64,000 nucleotides of DNA from a bacterium (GCA_046160485.1 JBJXGV010000010.1:5644-69643), one strand, 5' to 3'. Positions 1-10,340 are shown, counted from the first letter of the stretch. A program made the numbers and translations. The notes: generated by a model from the sequence alone, not told the origin.

Positions 1-853
1 TGATGAGCACCGTCTCTTCGTCGAGAAGCTTCCCCCAAGTGTCGATGTGGTGAATGCCCGACGTCGAGATGTCGGGCAACACGTTGTACGTGTCGACGCC
101 GTAGTACTCGCGAATGAACTCTGCGATCTCGGATTGGCTCATCGACGTGTTCTCGTTCCAAACCAGGTCCGTCGAATACGAAAGCCCGTGTCCTTCCGTC
201 ATGTAGTTCCCACCCGTGTGCCACAGGTCGTGCTCGACGACCGGAATGCCCCAGAGGCTTCCGAGCACGGAGGGAATCACGTTGTCGTTCGGCCGCGACG
301 GCCGGTTGTAGTAGTGATCCATGATGACCTGGTCGCCATTGCCGTCGAAGACGAACCACGGTCCGTAGTCGCGCGTCCAAATCGAGTTGTTCGCGGCGAC
401 GATGAAATCGACGCGCGAGGTGTCGACGCCGTTCGCGAGAAAGTTCGCCACCGCGGCGCTCGCGTTCGCGCTGTTGACGACGACGTGAACGATCACGTCC
501 TCCGCCATCTCTTTGATCAAGTTGTACGGGACGCCGAGCGGATAACGGATGAGCGCTCCCGTGCACGGCTCGAATTCGGCGACGTTGCGAATCGGCGCGA
601 GCGGCGGCGGATCGGTGACGAGCGCCTTGCGCTGAAACAGCGCGCGAAACGCGGCTTCCTCGGCGGTCTCGCCGATCGGCAGGAGTTCCTCGTCGCCGTC
701 GACCGAGCGCTCCGCGGACGCGTGGCGCGGCGCGGACAAGCCGGTCGCGCAGCTCAACGCTACGGCGAATGCCACGTGGCGCGCGGCCTGCGCGGCAAGC
801 GTCGCGCCACGCGGTTCGCCGAGTCGATTGCGACGGGGAATCATGCCGCCCAT
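1..853 (-). CDS. Secreted agmatine deiminase / peptidylarginine deiminase family protein (runs off window start)
   Basis: Not in ORF track; manual minus-strand translation from ATG 853/844 gives a signal-like N-terminus then 'AEFEPCTGALIRYP', 'SIWTRDYGPWF' and 'GIHHIDTWGKLLDEETVLI', typical PAD/agmatine deiminase motifs. Confidence 0.85.
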   Translation of the reverse strand, partial: MGGMIPRRNRLGEPRGATLAAQAARHVAFAVALSCATGLSAPRHASAERSVDGDEELLPIGETAEEAAFRALFQRKALVTDPPPLAPIRNVAEFEPCTGALIRYPLGVPYNLIKEMAEDVIVHVVVNSANASAAVANFLANGVDTSRVDFIVAANNSIWTRDYGPWFVFDGNGDQVIMDHYYNRPSRPNDNVIPSVLGSLWGIPVVEHDLWHTGGNYMTEGHGLSYSTDLVWNENTSMSQSEIAEFIREYYGVDTYNVLPDISTSGIHHIDTWGKLLDEETVLI

Positions 854-926
854 TGTATCGAAGCGGCCGCGATCGGTCAGCGTCGATTTCGCGCGCGCGG
901 CGCGTGTGCTATTCTGCGGCCCTTCG

Positions 927-2519
927 ATGCGCGCCATCACGAACGGCAGTCGTTCCGCTCTTCTCCTCGCGATCCTCGTCGTCTTGACACACGGCTACTT
1001 CTACAACGGCGCCGGCTGGAACCAGGGCGCGCGCCTCGGCAGTATCTTCGCCTTTGTCGAGCCGGGGCCCGATCAGTGGAGCTTTCGAATCGATCGCTTC
1101 TTGAAGGATGCCGAACGCGGCATCGTCACGGGCGACTGGGCGCGCGTCGGTGACACGCACTACTCGAATAAGGCGCCGGGAACGACGTTCCTCGGCGTGC
1201 CGTGGTACTTCGCGCTGTTTCATCTCGAACGCGCGGCGGGCGTCGATCCGACGAGTCCGCGCTGGACGCTCGTCAATGGCTACGCACTGAGTCTCGTGTG
1301 CGGCGCGCTCTGGGTCGCGGCCGCCGCCGCTGCGTTCGTGCGGTTCCTCGTCGGGACACGGCGTTGGACGGAGCGCGACGCTCTCGCCGCAGCGTGCGTA
1401 TTCGCGTTCGCCACGCTCGTGTTCCCCTTCGACTCGTCGCTCTGGGGACATCCGGCGGCTGCGGCGTGCGGGCTCCTCGGCGCGATATTCCTTCTGCGCG
1501 CAGCCGACGACGCTCACGGCGACGACGCACACGCCCAGCCGCGTGCGCGCGCGCGCACGAACGGTTCGTCCCGTGACCTTGCGCTCGCCGGCTTCTTCAG
1601 CGCGATGGCGCTTCTGACCGAGTACCTCTCCGGCATCTCGCTCGTCGCCGCCGCGGCCTATGTGCTGCTCGCGCGACGCCTCCGCCCCCGCGCCGCGCTC
1701 TTTTTCCTCGGCGCGGCGATTCCCGTCGCCGCGCTTCTCATCTATCAGAAATCGTTGTTCGGCGGGTTCCTGACAACCGCGACGTCGCTTCAGAATCCCG
1801 GCTTCCTCGGCGCAAGGCGCGGCGAAGCGATGTTCGGCGCGCCTTCGCTCGAGATCGCCGCGGCGATGCTCGTGTCGCTTCACCGCGGGCTCTTCGTCTT
1901 CATGCCGGTGCTCGTCTTCGCGGTGTTCGGCGCGCTGCGGCTTGCGCGGAGCCGCGCGTCCGCCGATCGCGGACTCGTCGCGCTGTGCGCCGCGAACACC
2001 CTCGGCGCGATTCTCGCGGTCTCCTGCTTCAAGGCGGGCTGGCACGGCGGCGACAGCGCGGGTCCGCGCTATCTCATCGGCTCGATTCCGTTTTGGTGTC
2101 TCTTGCTGCCGCAAGTCTCATCGCTCTCGCGCGCGGCCGGAGCCGCGTTCGCGGTCGCGAGCGCGCTGTCGCTTGCAAACATGCTCGTCATCAACGCCAC
2201 GACGACGATGGTTCCTTCCGACGTGCCGAATCCGCTCTTCGGCGCGCTTTACGGCGCGCTCTTGCGCGGGGAGATCGGCGCGCGCGCCCAGGTCTTCAGC
2301 CTCGGCGGCGTTGCGTTCGGCTATGAAGGGATGATTGCGCTCGCGCCGCTGGTAGTTGTGCTCGGCGCCGGCGGATGGGTTCTCTTGCGGGTCTCACGCG
2401 CCCCGCGAGCGTCGCGAACGGCGCACGCGTCGTTCTGCGCGACGCCTAACGCACAGAGCGCTTCTTCTCCTCGAGCGATCGCAGAAGCGCCTCCGCCTGC
2501 GGATGCCCAGGATTCTTGA
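927..2519 (+). CDS. Polytopic membrane protein, GT-C-like glycosyltransferase
   Basis: Many hydrophobic segments; 'YSNKAPG' loop and 'GPRYL' motif seen in PMT-like membrane proteins; ATG 927 preferred over ORF start 828. Confidence 0.6.
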   Translation: MRAITNGSRSALLLAILVVLTHGYFYNGAGWNQGARLGSIFAFVEPGPDQWSFRIDRFLKDAERGIVTGDWARVGDTHYSNKAPGTTFLGVPWYFALFHLERAAGVDPTSPRWTLVNGYALSLVCGALWVAAAAAAFVRFLVGTRRWTERDALAAACVFAFATLVFPFDSSLWGHPAAAACGLLGAIFLLRAADDAHGDDAHAQPRARARTNGSSRDLALAGFFSAMALLTEYLSGISLVAAAAYVLLARRLRPRAALFFLGAAIPVAALLIYQKSLFGGFLTTATSLQNPGFLGARRGEAMFGAPSLEIAAAMLVSLHRGLFVFMPVLVFAVFGALRLARSRASADRGLVALCAANTLGAILAVSCFKAGWHGGDSAGPRYLIGSIPFWCLLLPQVSSLSRAAGAAFAVASALSLANMLVINATTTMVPSDVPNPLFGALYGALLRGEIGARAQVFSLGGVAFGYEGMIALAPLVVVLGAGGWVLLRVSRAPRASRTAHASFCATPNAQSASSPRAIAEAPPPADAQDS

Positions 2520-4911
2520 CGAGCACCTGCCGCACTTGATCGATCGCTTTCTCGACCTCGCCCTTCGCCTCGTACGCCAACGCGAGATTGTGGCGCGCGC
2601 CGAAGTTGTCGGGCGCGATCGTCACCGCTTCGAGGAACTCGCGAATCGCCTCGTCCGTCTTGCCCGCGCGGCCGAGGATCGCGCCGAGATCGGCATGCGC
2701 ATTGGCATTGCCCGGCTCCAGCGCGAGGAACTTCCGGTACTGCGCAATGGCCTCGTCGCTACGATTCTGTAGGCGATAAGCGCGTCCGAGGTTTTCGTAC
2801 GGCTTGGTGTAGTCGGGATCGATGCGCATCGCCGATTGGTACTCAGCGATCGCCTCGTCGAGTTTGCCTTGGCGCGCCAGCTCGACGCCGAGGTTGTTGC
2901 GCGCCTCGGCGAAGTCGGGTCGGATTCGCAGCGCGTTTCGATACGCGGCGACCGCTTCGTCGCCGCGCGAAAGCCGCGCCAGCTCCACGCCCAAGTTGAC
3001 GTACGCTTCCACGTACTCGGGATCGAGCTGGAGCGCGGCCTCGTACGCCAACACCGCGTCCGCCGCACGATTCTGACTCGACAGCGCAATTCCGCGGTTG
3101 AAATTCCCCTCCGCACTCGTCGGGTCCGACTCGACTCCCTGCTGGAATTCCGCGGCAGCCTCCGCGGAACGCCCGTGCGCATTGAGAAGCGCGCCGAGTT
3201 TCATCCGCACGTCGCCGTCCTGCGGCGCGAGCTCGATCGCGCGCCGGAAGAAGCCGACTCCCTCATCGACGCGGCCCGACTGCGCGAGCGACGCGCCGAG
3301 GTTCACGAGCGCATCGATGAAATCCGGCTTCTCCTCGAGCGCCTTGCGATACTCCTCGGCCGCGGCAGCATGATTCGCGCGGCGCGTGTACGCGGCGCCG
3401 CGATCGAACCGCCACCACGACGCGTCGGGCGTGTAGCGCACGAAGGTGATGTGCGTCAGCACGAGAAACCCTGCCAGGCACGCGCTCCACGCCAACACGC
3501 GTTGCGCGTCGCGCGCGCGCGCGACAGTCCACAGATGATCCGCGCCGTACGCGCCCAGCAGGATGAGGAACGGGATCGCCGGCACGCGAAATCTTCCAGC
3601 GGCGAGGAAAAAAACGTATGAGCCGAGATACGCCGCGGCGAAGAGCCCCAGGAATACGATCTGCTCCGAGCCGCGCGCGGCGGCTGCACGCGCCGACTCC
3701 TTCGCGACAGCGCGTCCGCGTTCCGCGAACAACGCGACGGCCACGCCGACGAGCGCGAGGGTGAGCACGATCGGGAACCCAGGAAGGAAGGAAAGCACTC
3801 GTGAGTTCGAGCGCTCCAACTGATCGACCTTGTTGTTGGACACCTCGGCGGGACCGAGCATGAGAAGCGCGCGTTGCGCCGCAAGACCGATGGAACGCCC
3901 CGGATTCGCGGCGATGTAGTCCATCGCCTTCTTGCTGAAGTAGCGGTCGACATCCGAGTAGCTCATTTCGCGGCCTTCGAGGCGCGCGACGCCGCGCACG
4001 ATCTCGCCGTACGAAAACCAACTCCAGCCGCGCACCCCCGCGACCTCGCGCAGGTCGGGAATCCGCGGCGACACGGGGTCGCTCTTCGGGTTGTTGCCGA
4101 TGTAGAGATTGATCGCGCCGTTGCACGAGATCAGAACGGGGTCGCCGCTGACGACGAGGTTGCGAATCGTCGCGGGCGCGATTGCGAGCGCGGTGCCGAG
4201 CACGATCGCGGCGGCGTCACGGACGAATCGGCGCGAATCGCCGCGGCGGCGGAGCACCCAGAACGCCCACGCGAGCAGAATCGGAAGACAGGCGAGGATG
4301 TTCGGCCGCGCGAGCGCCGAAAGCCCAGCGACAGCGCCGATCGCGAGCGCGAGCCGCGCGGAAGGACGCGCGTGCCAACGCGCGACCGCGAGCACGAGCA
4401 CGAGCCCAAGCGTCACGAGCAGCACGTTGTCCTGGAACTCGCCCTCGAAATAGATGAGCGGCCACGCGGCGCCCATGAGCGCCGCCGCGATGAAACCGGC
4501 GCGGCGCCCGAAGAGCGAACGCGCCACGAGAAACGCGAGCACAACGTTGACGAGACCGAGCGCGAACTGAATCACGCGCGCGCCCATGTAACTCGAACCA
4601 GTCACCAGATAGCTCGCCGCGAGGAAATACGGGTAGCCCGGCGGCCGCAGGAACGGCGTCGACGAAATCTGCGGATCCGTTTCGCCCGCGGGGGGCGTCC
4701 AGTTCCCTGAGACAAGGCCGCGCGCCCAGTAGTCGTGGAACGCGGCGTCGGCGTTCGGCGACGCAAAGTCGGGCGCGTTTCGAATCTCGCTTGCGTACGC
4801 GATGCGAAGCGCCAGCGCGACGAGGAGGATGATCGCGAGCGGCCAATCCGCGCGCGTGAACAAGCCGCCGGACGACGCGCGCGCGTTTCGCTTGATGTCG
4901 GAAGCGCTCAT
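2446..4911 (-). CDS. PMT/ArnT-like (GT-C) membrane glycosyltransferase with C-terminal TPR repeats
   Basis: N-terminal 'DAAFHDYWA...FLRPPGYPYFLA', multiple TM helices, 'ARPN', then about 8 TPR repeats (e.g. 'AEARNNLGVELARQGKLDEAIAEYQSAMRIDP'). Confidence 0.8.
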   Translation of the reverse strand: MSASDIKRNARASSGGLFTRADWPLAIILLVALALRIAYASEIRNAPDFASPNADAAFHDYWARGLVSGNWTPPAGETDPQISSTPFLRPPGYPYFLAASYLVTGSSYMGARVIQFALGLVNVVLAFLVARSLFGRRAGFIAAALMGAAWPLIYFEGEFQDNVLLVTLGLVLVLAVARWHARPSARLALAIGAVAGLSALARPNILACLPILLAWAFWVLRRRGDSRRFVRDAAAIVLGTALAIAPATIRNLVVSGDPVLISCNGAINLYIGNNPKSDPVSPRIPDLREVAGVRGWSWFSYGEIVRGVARLEGREMSYSDVDRYFSKKAMDYIAANPGRSIGLAAQRALLMLGPAEVSNNKVDQLERSNSRVLSFLPGFPIVLTLALVGVAVALFAERGRAVAKESARAAAARGSEQIVFLGLFAAAYLGSYVFFLAAGRFRVPAIPFLILLGAYGADHLWTVARARDAQRVLAWSACLAGFLVLTHITFVRYTPDASWWRFDRGAAYTRRANHAAAAEEYRKALEEKPDFIDALVNLGASLAQSGRVDEGVGFFRRAIELAPQDGDVRMKLGALLNAHGRSAEAAAEFQQGVESDPTSAEGNFNRGIALSSQNRAADAVLAYEAALQLDPEYVEAYVNLGVELARLSRGDEAVAAYRNALRIRPDFAEARNNLGVELARQGKLDEAIAEYQSAMRIDPDYTKPYENLGRAYRLQNRSDEAIAQYRKFLALEPGNANAHADLGAILGRAGKTDEAIREFLEAVTIAPDNFGARHNLALAYEAKGEVEKAIDQVRQVLVKNPGHPQAEALLRSLEEKKRSVR

Positions 4912-4962
4912 CGCGCCGCATCCTATCATTCGCGTTCGCGGGGAGCTAGACGCGCGAGCCCA

Positions 4963-5805
4963 CTACCAGAGCGGAGCGGCGGCGTCCCGGAGCATCTCGA
5001 GCTTCATTCGCTCCATTGCGAGGATCTGCTCGCGCCGCGGCTCGCTCGACGGCGCCAAGATCGATGCGCGTTCGCCTCCGCGCACTTCCGCGGCTTGGCC
5101 GCCGGCGGCGACGATGCTTGCGACGCCATCGAGAACGCAGAGACACGTGCTGTCCGGGCTCGCGATGACGGCCAGCGTCGTGCCGACGACGTCGATCCGC
5201 GCGCGGGGCGCGTCAATCGTCAAATGCGCGCCGTGGAAACCGTCGCCGGTGACGACGCGCAGTTCGCCTCGGCGAACGTCGCAGCGCGACGAGCGGGCGA
5301 ACCATCGCCCGGCCGACGACGGTGACGCGATCTCCGAGCCGGGAGCGACCTGCATGATCACCTGGCCGGCGCAGCGTATGTCGAGCTGCGCGGTGCCGTC
5401 CGTGCGCAGCACCGTACCCGGCCGCAAACGGATCGCGAGCTGCTGCGCGCGCTCTACGTGGATCGTCGTGTCGCCCAACGCGATTTCGCCGACGCCGTCG
5501 CAGCCGGTCACCGTCCACGCAGGACCGCGATTCAGCAACATCGCGGTCGAGACAAGCAGGATCGTGGCGGCGATCGCGAGGCCGGCGAAACGCCGTAGCC
5601 GCGGGGCCGGCGCGCCGCTCCTGCCGAGATCGGACGCGCGCGCGAACTCGCCGCGCTCGATCGTCCCGCCGGCGAATTCGGATCGCAGCCGCGCGCGGAA
5701 CGCCGGGTCGAGAGGCTCGTCGGGGAGATCGCGGACGCGGCGAGCCGCCTGCGCGCCGTCGAAATCTTGCGGTTCGTTGCCGCGATCGCGATGCGTAGGC
5801 GTCAC
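4963..5805 (-). CDS. FecR-domain anti-sigma factor
   Basis: Downstream of ECF sigma; single TM then FecR-like 'LTIDAPRARIDVVGT...VLDGV'; GAAGGAG RBS before GTG 5805. Confidence 0.7.
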   Translation of the reverse strand: MTPTHRDRGNEPQDFDGAQAARRVRDLPDEPLDPAFRARLRSEFAGGTIERGEFARASDLGRSGAPAPRLRRFAGLAIAATILLVSTAMLLNRGPAWTVTGCDGVGEIALGDTTIHVERAQQLAIRLRPGTVLRTDGTAQLDIRCAGQVIMQVAPGSEIASPSSAGRWFARSSRCDVRRGELRVVTGDGFHGAHLTIDAPRARIDVVGTTLAVIASPDSTCLCVLDGVASIVAAGGQAAEVRGGERASILAPSSEPRREQILAMERMKLEMLRDAAAPLW

Positions 5806-5839
5806 GCGCGCACTCCTTCGCCTGGGGCGAACGTGTCGG

Positions 5840-6622
5840 TCATGAGAAGAACCTCTTCAGTTCGCGCGCGAGTTGCGAGAGCGCGCGGGAATATCGCTTG
5901 CGTGCCGCAGCGTGACTGACACCCGTCAGCGCAGCAACCTCGTCGTGCCCGAGCCCATGATAGTCGTAGAGGACAATGGCGGCGCGCAGTTCACCCGGCA
6001 AGCGAGAGATCGCCTTCTGGACGAGGCGCGACTCCTGCCGGCGAACGACCGCGGCCTCCGGGTTTTCATCGCGGCTCCTCAGATCGGCCGTCTGGGACGC
6101 GGCATCGTCGATGGAGATCGTCTGGCGCGACATTGCATGCGTCTTGGATCGCCAGTAGTCGCGGCACGCGTTGTAGACGACCGACGTCAGCCACGGCTCC
6201 ACGTCTTGATCGAGATCGATTTGGTGCGCGGCGCGATGCACGCGATAGAACACTTCCTGCGAGACGTCTTCCGCGGCGTCGCGCGACCCGATGAGACGGA
6301 ACACGAGTGCGTAGATCCACTCACAGTGCGCGTCGAAAAAGTTCGCGAGCGCGTCGGGATCCCGCTCGCGCAAGCGGACGCGCCACTCCCGCGAAGCCAC
6401 GATCGCGCGCTTCGCGGCCAGCTCCGCGCTCACGGCGCGCAAAGATCTCAACGGCAATCCCACATTCTGTTTCGGCTCTCGAATCGGCGGCGGCTTCGGG
6501 TGCACTCGCGACGTTAGGCTCGCTGACACGGAACGCGCTTTTTCCGTTCCGACGCCCATCATACGCTCTACGTCTGGAGGCGAACAGAAGGCTCGGACGT
6601 CGCGCCGAGCCTTCCGTCGCAT
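5840..6622 (-). CDS. ECF RNA polymerase sigma factor (start uncertain)
   Basis: Region 2 'AAEDVSQEVFYRV...PWLTSVVYNACRDYWR'; region 4 'LPGELRAAIVLYDYHGLGHDEVAALTG'. Confidence 0.9.
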   Translation of the reverse strand: MRRKARRDVRAFCSPPDVERMMGVGTEKARSVSASLTSRVHPKPPPIREPKQNVGLPLRSLRAVSAELAAKRAIVASREWRVRLRERDPDALANFFDAHCEWIYALVFRLIGSRDAAEDVSQEVFYRVHRAAHQIDLDQDVEPWLTSVVYNACRDYWRSKTHAMSRQTISIDDAASQTADLRSRDENPEAAVVRRQESRLVQKAISRLPGELRAAIVLYDYHGLGHDEVAALTGVSHAAARKRYSRALSQLARELKRFFS

Positions 6623-6674
6623 TTCTGTGAATCAACGCCCACTGTGTGCGTCGTCGCTCCCACTTCTTGCGGTC

Positions 6675-7598
6675 CTACGGCATGATCTGGGTCGTGATGT
6701 TGTTCAGAAACTGATTCGTCCCGTTGAAGTCTTCCCACGCGAGAGCGAAGTACTCGATGACGTTCGCGTTGAAGCCGTTGTAGCTCGAGCCTTCGCTCGT
6801 CTGTATGCCCTTGCCGAATCGGGATAGCTTGTTCTCGATGACGAGGTCGCCCGAAGGACCGGCGGGTCCCTCACCCATAGCGGGGTTGTAGCAAATCGCC
6901 AGAAGTCCGTTGTCACCGCCGACGACAAGATTGTGCGCGATGCGATTGCCGCTACTGCCGCCGCCGCGCACGAAAATGCCGAGATTCACGAGCGTGCACG
7001 TGTTACGACCAACGAAGTTCCGCGAGCTATTGACGAGCAGAAAGCCGATCTGCGGCGGATTCGCCGGCGGGGCCGCGGTTTCGTCGCCGCCCTCAATGTT
7101 GATTCCGCGCACGATGCAGTGCTCCGCGCTCTGCAGCGCCACGCCGATTCCAAACGTAGCCACCGTACCGTTCGACACGCGAGCGCGATTCGCGCCATCG
7201 ACAACGATCGCGCGGCCCAGTTTGTTTCCTGGCCCGCTGATTACGTGTCCGCCGAGGTCGAGCATGACATCGTCGGCCTGAATGACGATCCCATCGCCGG
7301 TTTCCGCCGAAACGCTGAAGTCGTTCGCGACAAGATATTCTCCCGGCGTGGTGATGACCGTCGGCGCGCTGATCGGCGTTGCGACGCCTCGTGTTTCTCG
7401 CGCGGATTCACCCGCGCCCAGCGTCTTTAGGAAGTCGTGCTCCGATTGTGGCGCACCGGCAAGGCTCTCGATCCGGCCGCTGTCGGGCGACGAAAGCGGC
7501 GTACCGGCTCCTTGGCAACCCGCCAGGATGGCGACCGCCGCCAGAAGGCCTACCCAAACTCGGTTCCGTCCAGCCGTGGATTGATCGTGGTTTCTCAA
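6675..7598 (-). CDS. Right-handed beta-helix repeat lipoprotein
   Basis: Lipobox 'LAGC'; 'ITTPGEYLVAND...GIVIQADDVMLDLGGHVISG' and N/G-rich beta-helix repeats; strong AGGAGG RBS before TTG. Confidence 0.75.
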   Translation of the reverse strand: MRNHDQSTAGRNRVWVGLLAAVAILAGCQGAGTPLSSPDSGRIESLAGAPQSEHDFLKTLGAGESARETRGVATPISAPTVITTPGEYLVANDFSVSAETGDGIVIQADDVMLDLGGHVISGPGNKLGRAIVVDGANRARVSNGTVATFGIGVALQSAEHCIVRGINIEGGDETAAPPANPPQIGFLLVNSSRNFVGRNTCTLVNLGIFVRGGGSSGNRIAHNLVVGGDNGLLAICYNPAMGEGPAGPSGDLVIENKLSRFGKGIQTSEGSSYNGFNANVIEYFALAWEDFNGTNQFLNNITTQIMP

Positions 7599-7826
7599 TG
7601 TTTCCTCCTTAAGAGTGAATGCGGGTGTGAATGACGTGCGGAGTGCGCGCTCCCAGTAGCAGGTACGACGCGGCGCGGCGAGTGTGACTCGATTTCTGGA
7701 TGGGCCGCACGGAGCGGCGCGGCGCGATTTTCTTTTCTTGCGCGGGCGCGCAAGCCGCTACACTCGCGCGGCCGCGACGCATGGCCCGCACGACGAGCGA
7801 TCGTGGCGCCCTTCAAGGAGATCGCG

Positions 7827-8363
7827 ATGACATCGAGCAATCCGGCAAGCCAGGCGAAGGAGACCGCCGATCAGTACGTGCGGGGCCTTCTCGAACTACT
7901 CGGCGAGCGCGATCCTCTACAAGTGCAGGGCGAACTCGCCGCCGCCGTGGAGTCGCTCGTCGCAGGCCTCGACGACGCGAGCATGCGCCGCCCCGAAGCG
8001 CCCGGGAAGTGGTCGATCATCGAGGTCGTGCAGCACCTCGCGGACACGGAGATCGTCTACGGCTACCGCATGCGCGTGATCCTCGCGAACCCGGGAGTGG
8101 CGATCGCCGGATACGATCAAGATGCGTGGGTGCGCGCGCTCCGCTACCGCGACGCGAGCCTCGAGCAGGCGTTCGCGCAAATTCGCGCGCTTCGCGGAAG
8201 CAACATCTCGCTTATGCGTTCGCTCGGCGATGAGGAGTGGGAACGCGCCGGGATGCACTCGGAGCGCGGGTTGGAGAGCGTGCGCCAGATCTCGAAGCTC
8301 ATCGCCGCGCACGATCTCGTGCACCGCGCGCAGATCGCGCGCGTCAAGGCCGCGCTCGACTAG
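7827..8363 (+). CDS. DinB family protein
   Basis: 'PGKWSIIEVVQHLADTE' and 'AAHDLVHRAQI' His motifs; AAGGAG RBS before ATG 7827. Confidence 0.85.
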   Translation: MTSSNPASQAKETADQYVRGLLELLGERDPLQVQGELAAAVESLVAGLDDASMRRPEAPGKWSIIEVVQHLADTEIVYGYRMRVILANPGVAIAGYDQDAWVRALRYRDASLEQAFAQIRALRGSNISLMRSLGDEEWERAGMHSERGLESVRQISKLIAAHDLVHRAQIARVKAALD

Positions 8364-8460
8364 CCGCTCGCCGCCGACTCGCGCGCGCGAACGCGGAGAG
8401 TGCGATTCGCGCCTAAACGACTTTCAAAGGCTCGGCAGCAGGCGCATTCCGCGGAAGTAA

Positions 8461-9012
8461 CTACTTCGTCCTGCCCTCAGCGACGGTCCTCAGCTGGGCG
8501 AGCCCCTTCTCGATGTCCGTGCCGAGCATCTTGTCCATGTCCATGAACATGCCGAAGGCTTTGCCGATGAAATTGTGGTTCCCATCCATCGACCACGTCA
8601 CGAACGAGCCGGTCGGCGTGCCCGCGACGGTGAGCGCACACGTCGCCGTGGACTTCATCGGCTTCACAAACTCGAGCTTCATGCCCACCTGCTGACCCGG
8701 GATGCTCTCTTCGATCGTCAGCTTGCCCTTGCCGACTTCCTTGTTGCTGTTCCACGCAAACGACTGACCGACGCCCGCCGCGGGGCCGTCGAACGTCTTC
8801 TCCATGTTGGGATCGAGCTCCTCCCAAGGCGATCCGAAAAGGACCAAGACACCCGCGAACTGGTGGAGGTCGTTGAGAACACCGAACACGCGTTCGGCTG
8901 GAGCGGCGAGCTCGAGCTTGCGCTCGACGTGATAGGTGGACGGCCGTGTGGCTACCACCGCTACGAAGAGCACAAAACCGGCCGCAACACCGATGAGAAT
9001 TTTCGCGAGCAT
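8461..9012 (-). CDS. SRPBCC (polyketide cyclase-like) family protein
   Basis: N-terminal anchor; 'SPWEELDPNM...GVGQSFAW...MDMDKMLGTDIEKGLAQL'. Confidence 0.8.
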   Translation of the reverse strand: MLAKILIGVAAGFVLFVAVVATRPSTYHVERKLELAAPAERVFGVLNDLHQFAGVLVLFGSPWEELDPNMEKTFDGPAAGVGQSFAWNSNKEVGKGKLTIEESIPGQQVGMKLEFVKPMKSTATCALTVAGTPTGSFVTWSMDGNHNFIGKAFGMFMDMDKMLGTDIEKGLAQLRTVAEGRTK

Positions 9013-9069
9013 GGGAGCTCCCCGAGGTCACTCAGAGGAATTCGGAACTGGCCAGCAACCGAAAGGCGT

Positions 9070-9525
9070 TTAGCGAAACTCTTCCGCCGGCACGACGAGC
9101 GTCGAGTCGAGAATCGTCGTGTCGAGCGCCACCACCTCGAAGTACGTGTAGCCCGCTTCGAACGGCTCGAGCTGGATCGTCACATCGAAGGTCGACACCA
9201 CGGGCAGGTATGTCACGTCGCGCTCTTCGTAGTGCCGGATTCGCGGTTCGATGGTCCACGTCCGATTTCGCGAGCGAGTCTCGATGATCTCGAGGCGGTA
9301 GGCACTGCTCGGGCCCGCCTCTCCCTTGATGCGCACGGAAATCAGCGAGTCGCTCGAGGTGGTGTCGGGCACCTGAATGAGTGTCACCCGCCCCGCGACC
9401 AGTTCGTCGAATCGCACGTTTTCCGGCGACACGAGGCAGCCCGCCGCCACCGCGGCCATCGCGATCAACCCAAGGACAATTCGCATCGATTTAGCCATGA
9501 TCGCGCGCTTGCGTGGGGTATTCAT
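9070..9525 (-). CDS. Hypothetical lipoprotein
   Basis: Signal with lipobox 'AAGC'; ATG at 9525 or 9498; host-like codon use. Confidence 0.55.
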   Translation of the reverse strand: MNTPRKRAIMAKSMRIVLGLIAMAAVAAGCLVSPENVRFDELVAGRVTLIQVPDTTSSDSLISVRIKGEAGPSSAYRLEIIETRSRNRTWTIEPRIRHYEERDVTYLPVVSTFDVTIQLEPFEAGYTYFEVVALDTTILDSTLVVPAEEFR

Positions 9526-9734
9526 CTCGGGACTCCTGTGCGTAAGGTGGACGCGATCCTCGCGGCCGCGAGCACGATAGCCGCAAGCTCCGGGCGGGTC
9601 AACGACGAGCCGCCACCGTGCGAGCCGCCGCCGGCCGCTGCCGAGCCGCCCCCGCGAGCGCGAGAAATCTTTCGGGATCGGTAAGCGCCAGACGAGCGGC
9701 GCCCGTCTTACTCTCTGCAACACGGGAGACCGAC

Positions 9735-10340
9735 GTGACGGAACCATCTGACATTCGCACGGACTGGGACCTCGCAAGGCAAGCTGCGGGAGGATGCGAG
9801 GAGGCGTGGCGCGCGATCTACGAGCGCACGGCCGACAAACTCTTCGCGTTCCTCTGCTACCAGTCGGGCAATCGCGAAGACGCGCTCGATCTCATGCAAG
9901 AGACCTACCTGCAAGCGCAGCGGCGCCTCGAGAGTTACCGGGGCGAGGCGCCTCTCGGTTCCTGGTTGCGCACGATCGCGCTGCGGAAGTCGCTCGATTG
10001 GCGGCGGCGCGTGCTCTCGCCGATGCGCCGCACGCTCGAGCTGACGGAGAACACCGCGATCGTCGAGGAGGAGAGTGACGTCGTGCAGTTTCACTCGGAG
10101 AAAGCCGCGCTTCATCGCGCGCTTAAGACGCTCTCGCCGCAGCAGCGCGCCGCGTTACTTCTTCGCGAATGGGATGGGCTTTCCTTCCGCGAGATCGCCT
10201 CGATGATCGGCTGCCAAGAAAACACGGCGCGCGTTCATCACACGCGCGCAAGAGAGAAGATGCGAGACCGAATGAAAGATGCCTTCGCCAACGACCCCGA
10301 GGCACTGTCAACAGAGCGCCTCAACGAGCAGAGAATATGA
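9735..10340 (+). CDS. ECF RNA polymerase sigma factor
   Basis: 'DALDLMQETYLQA...GSWLRTIA', 'LSPQQRAALLLREWDGLSFREIA'; GTG 9735 with GGGAGA RBS; ATGA overlap with next gene. Confidence 0.9.
   Translation: MTEPSDIRTDWDLARQAAGGCEEAWRAIYERTADKLFAFLCYQSGNREDALDLMQETYLQAQRRLESYRGEAPLGSWLRTIALRKSLDWRRRVLSPMRRTLELTENTAIVEEESDVVQFHSEKAALHRALKTLSPQQRAALLLREWDGLSFREIASMIGCQENTARVHHTRAREKMRDRMKDAFANDPEALSTERLNEQRI

Noticed and set aside
47-1153. 368-aa plus-strand ORF and similar long Arg/Ala-rich ORFs (e.g. 34658-36634, 50457-52511, 14569-16098)
   Set aside because: Antisense or alternate-frame shadows of well-supported genes in high-GC DNA.
7738-7764. Sigma70-like promoter TTGCGC-N15-TACACT before dinB
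   Set aside because: Spacer is short and there is no independent support.
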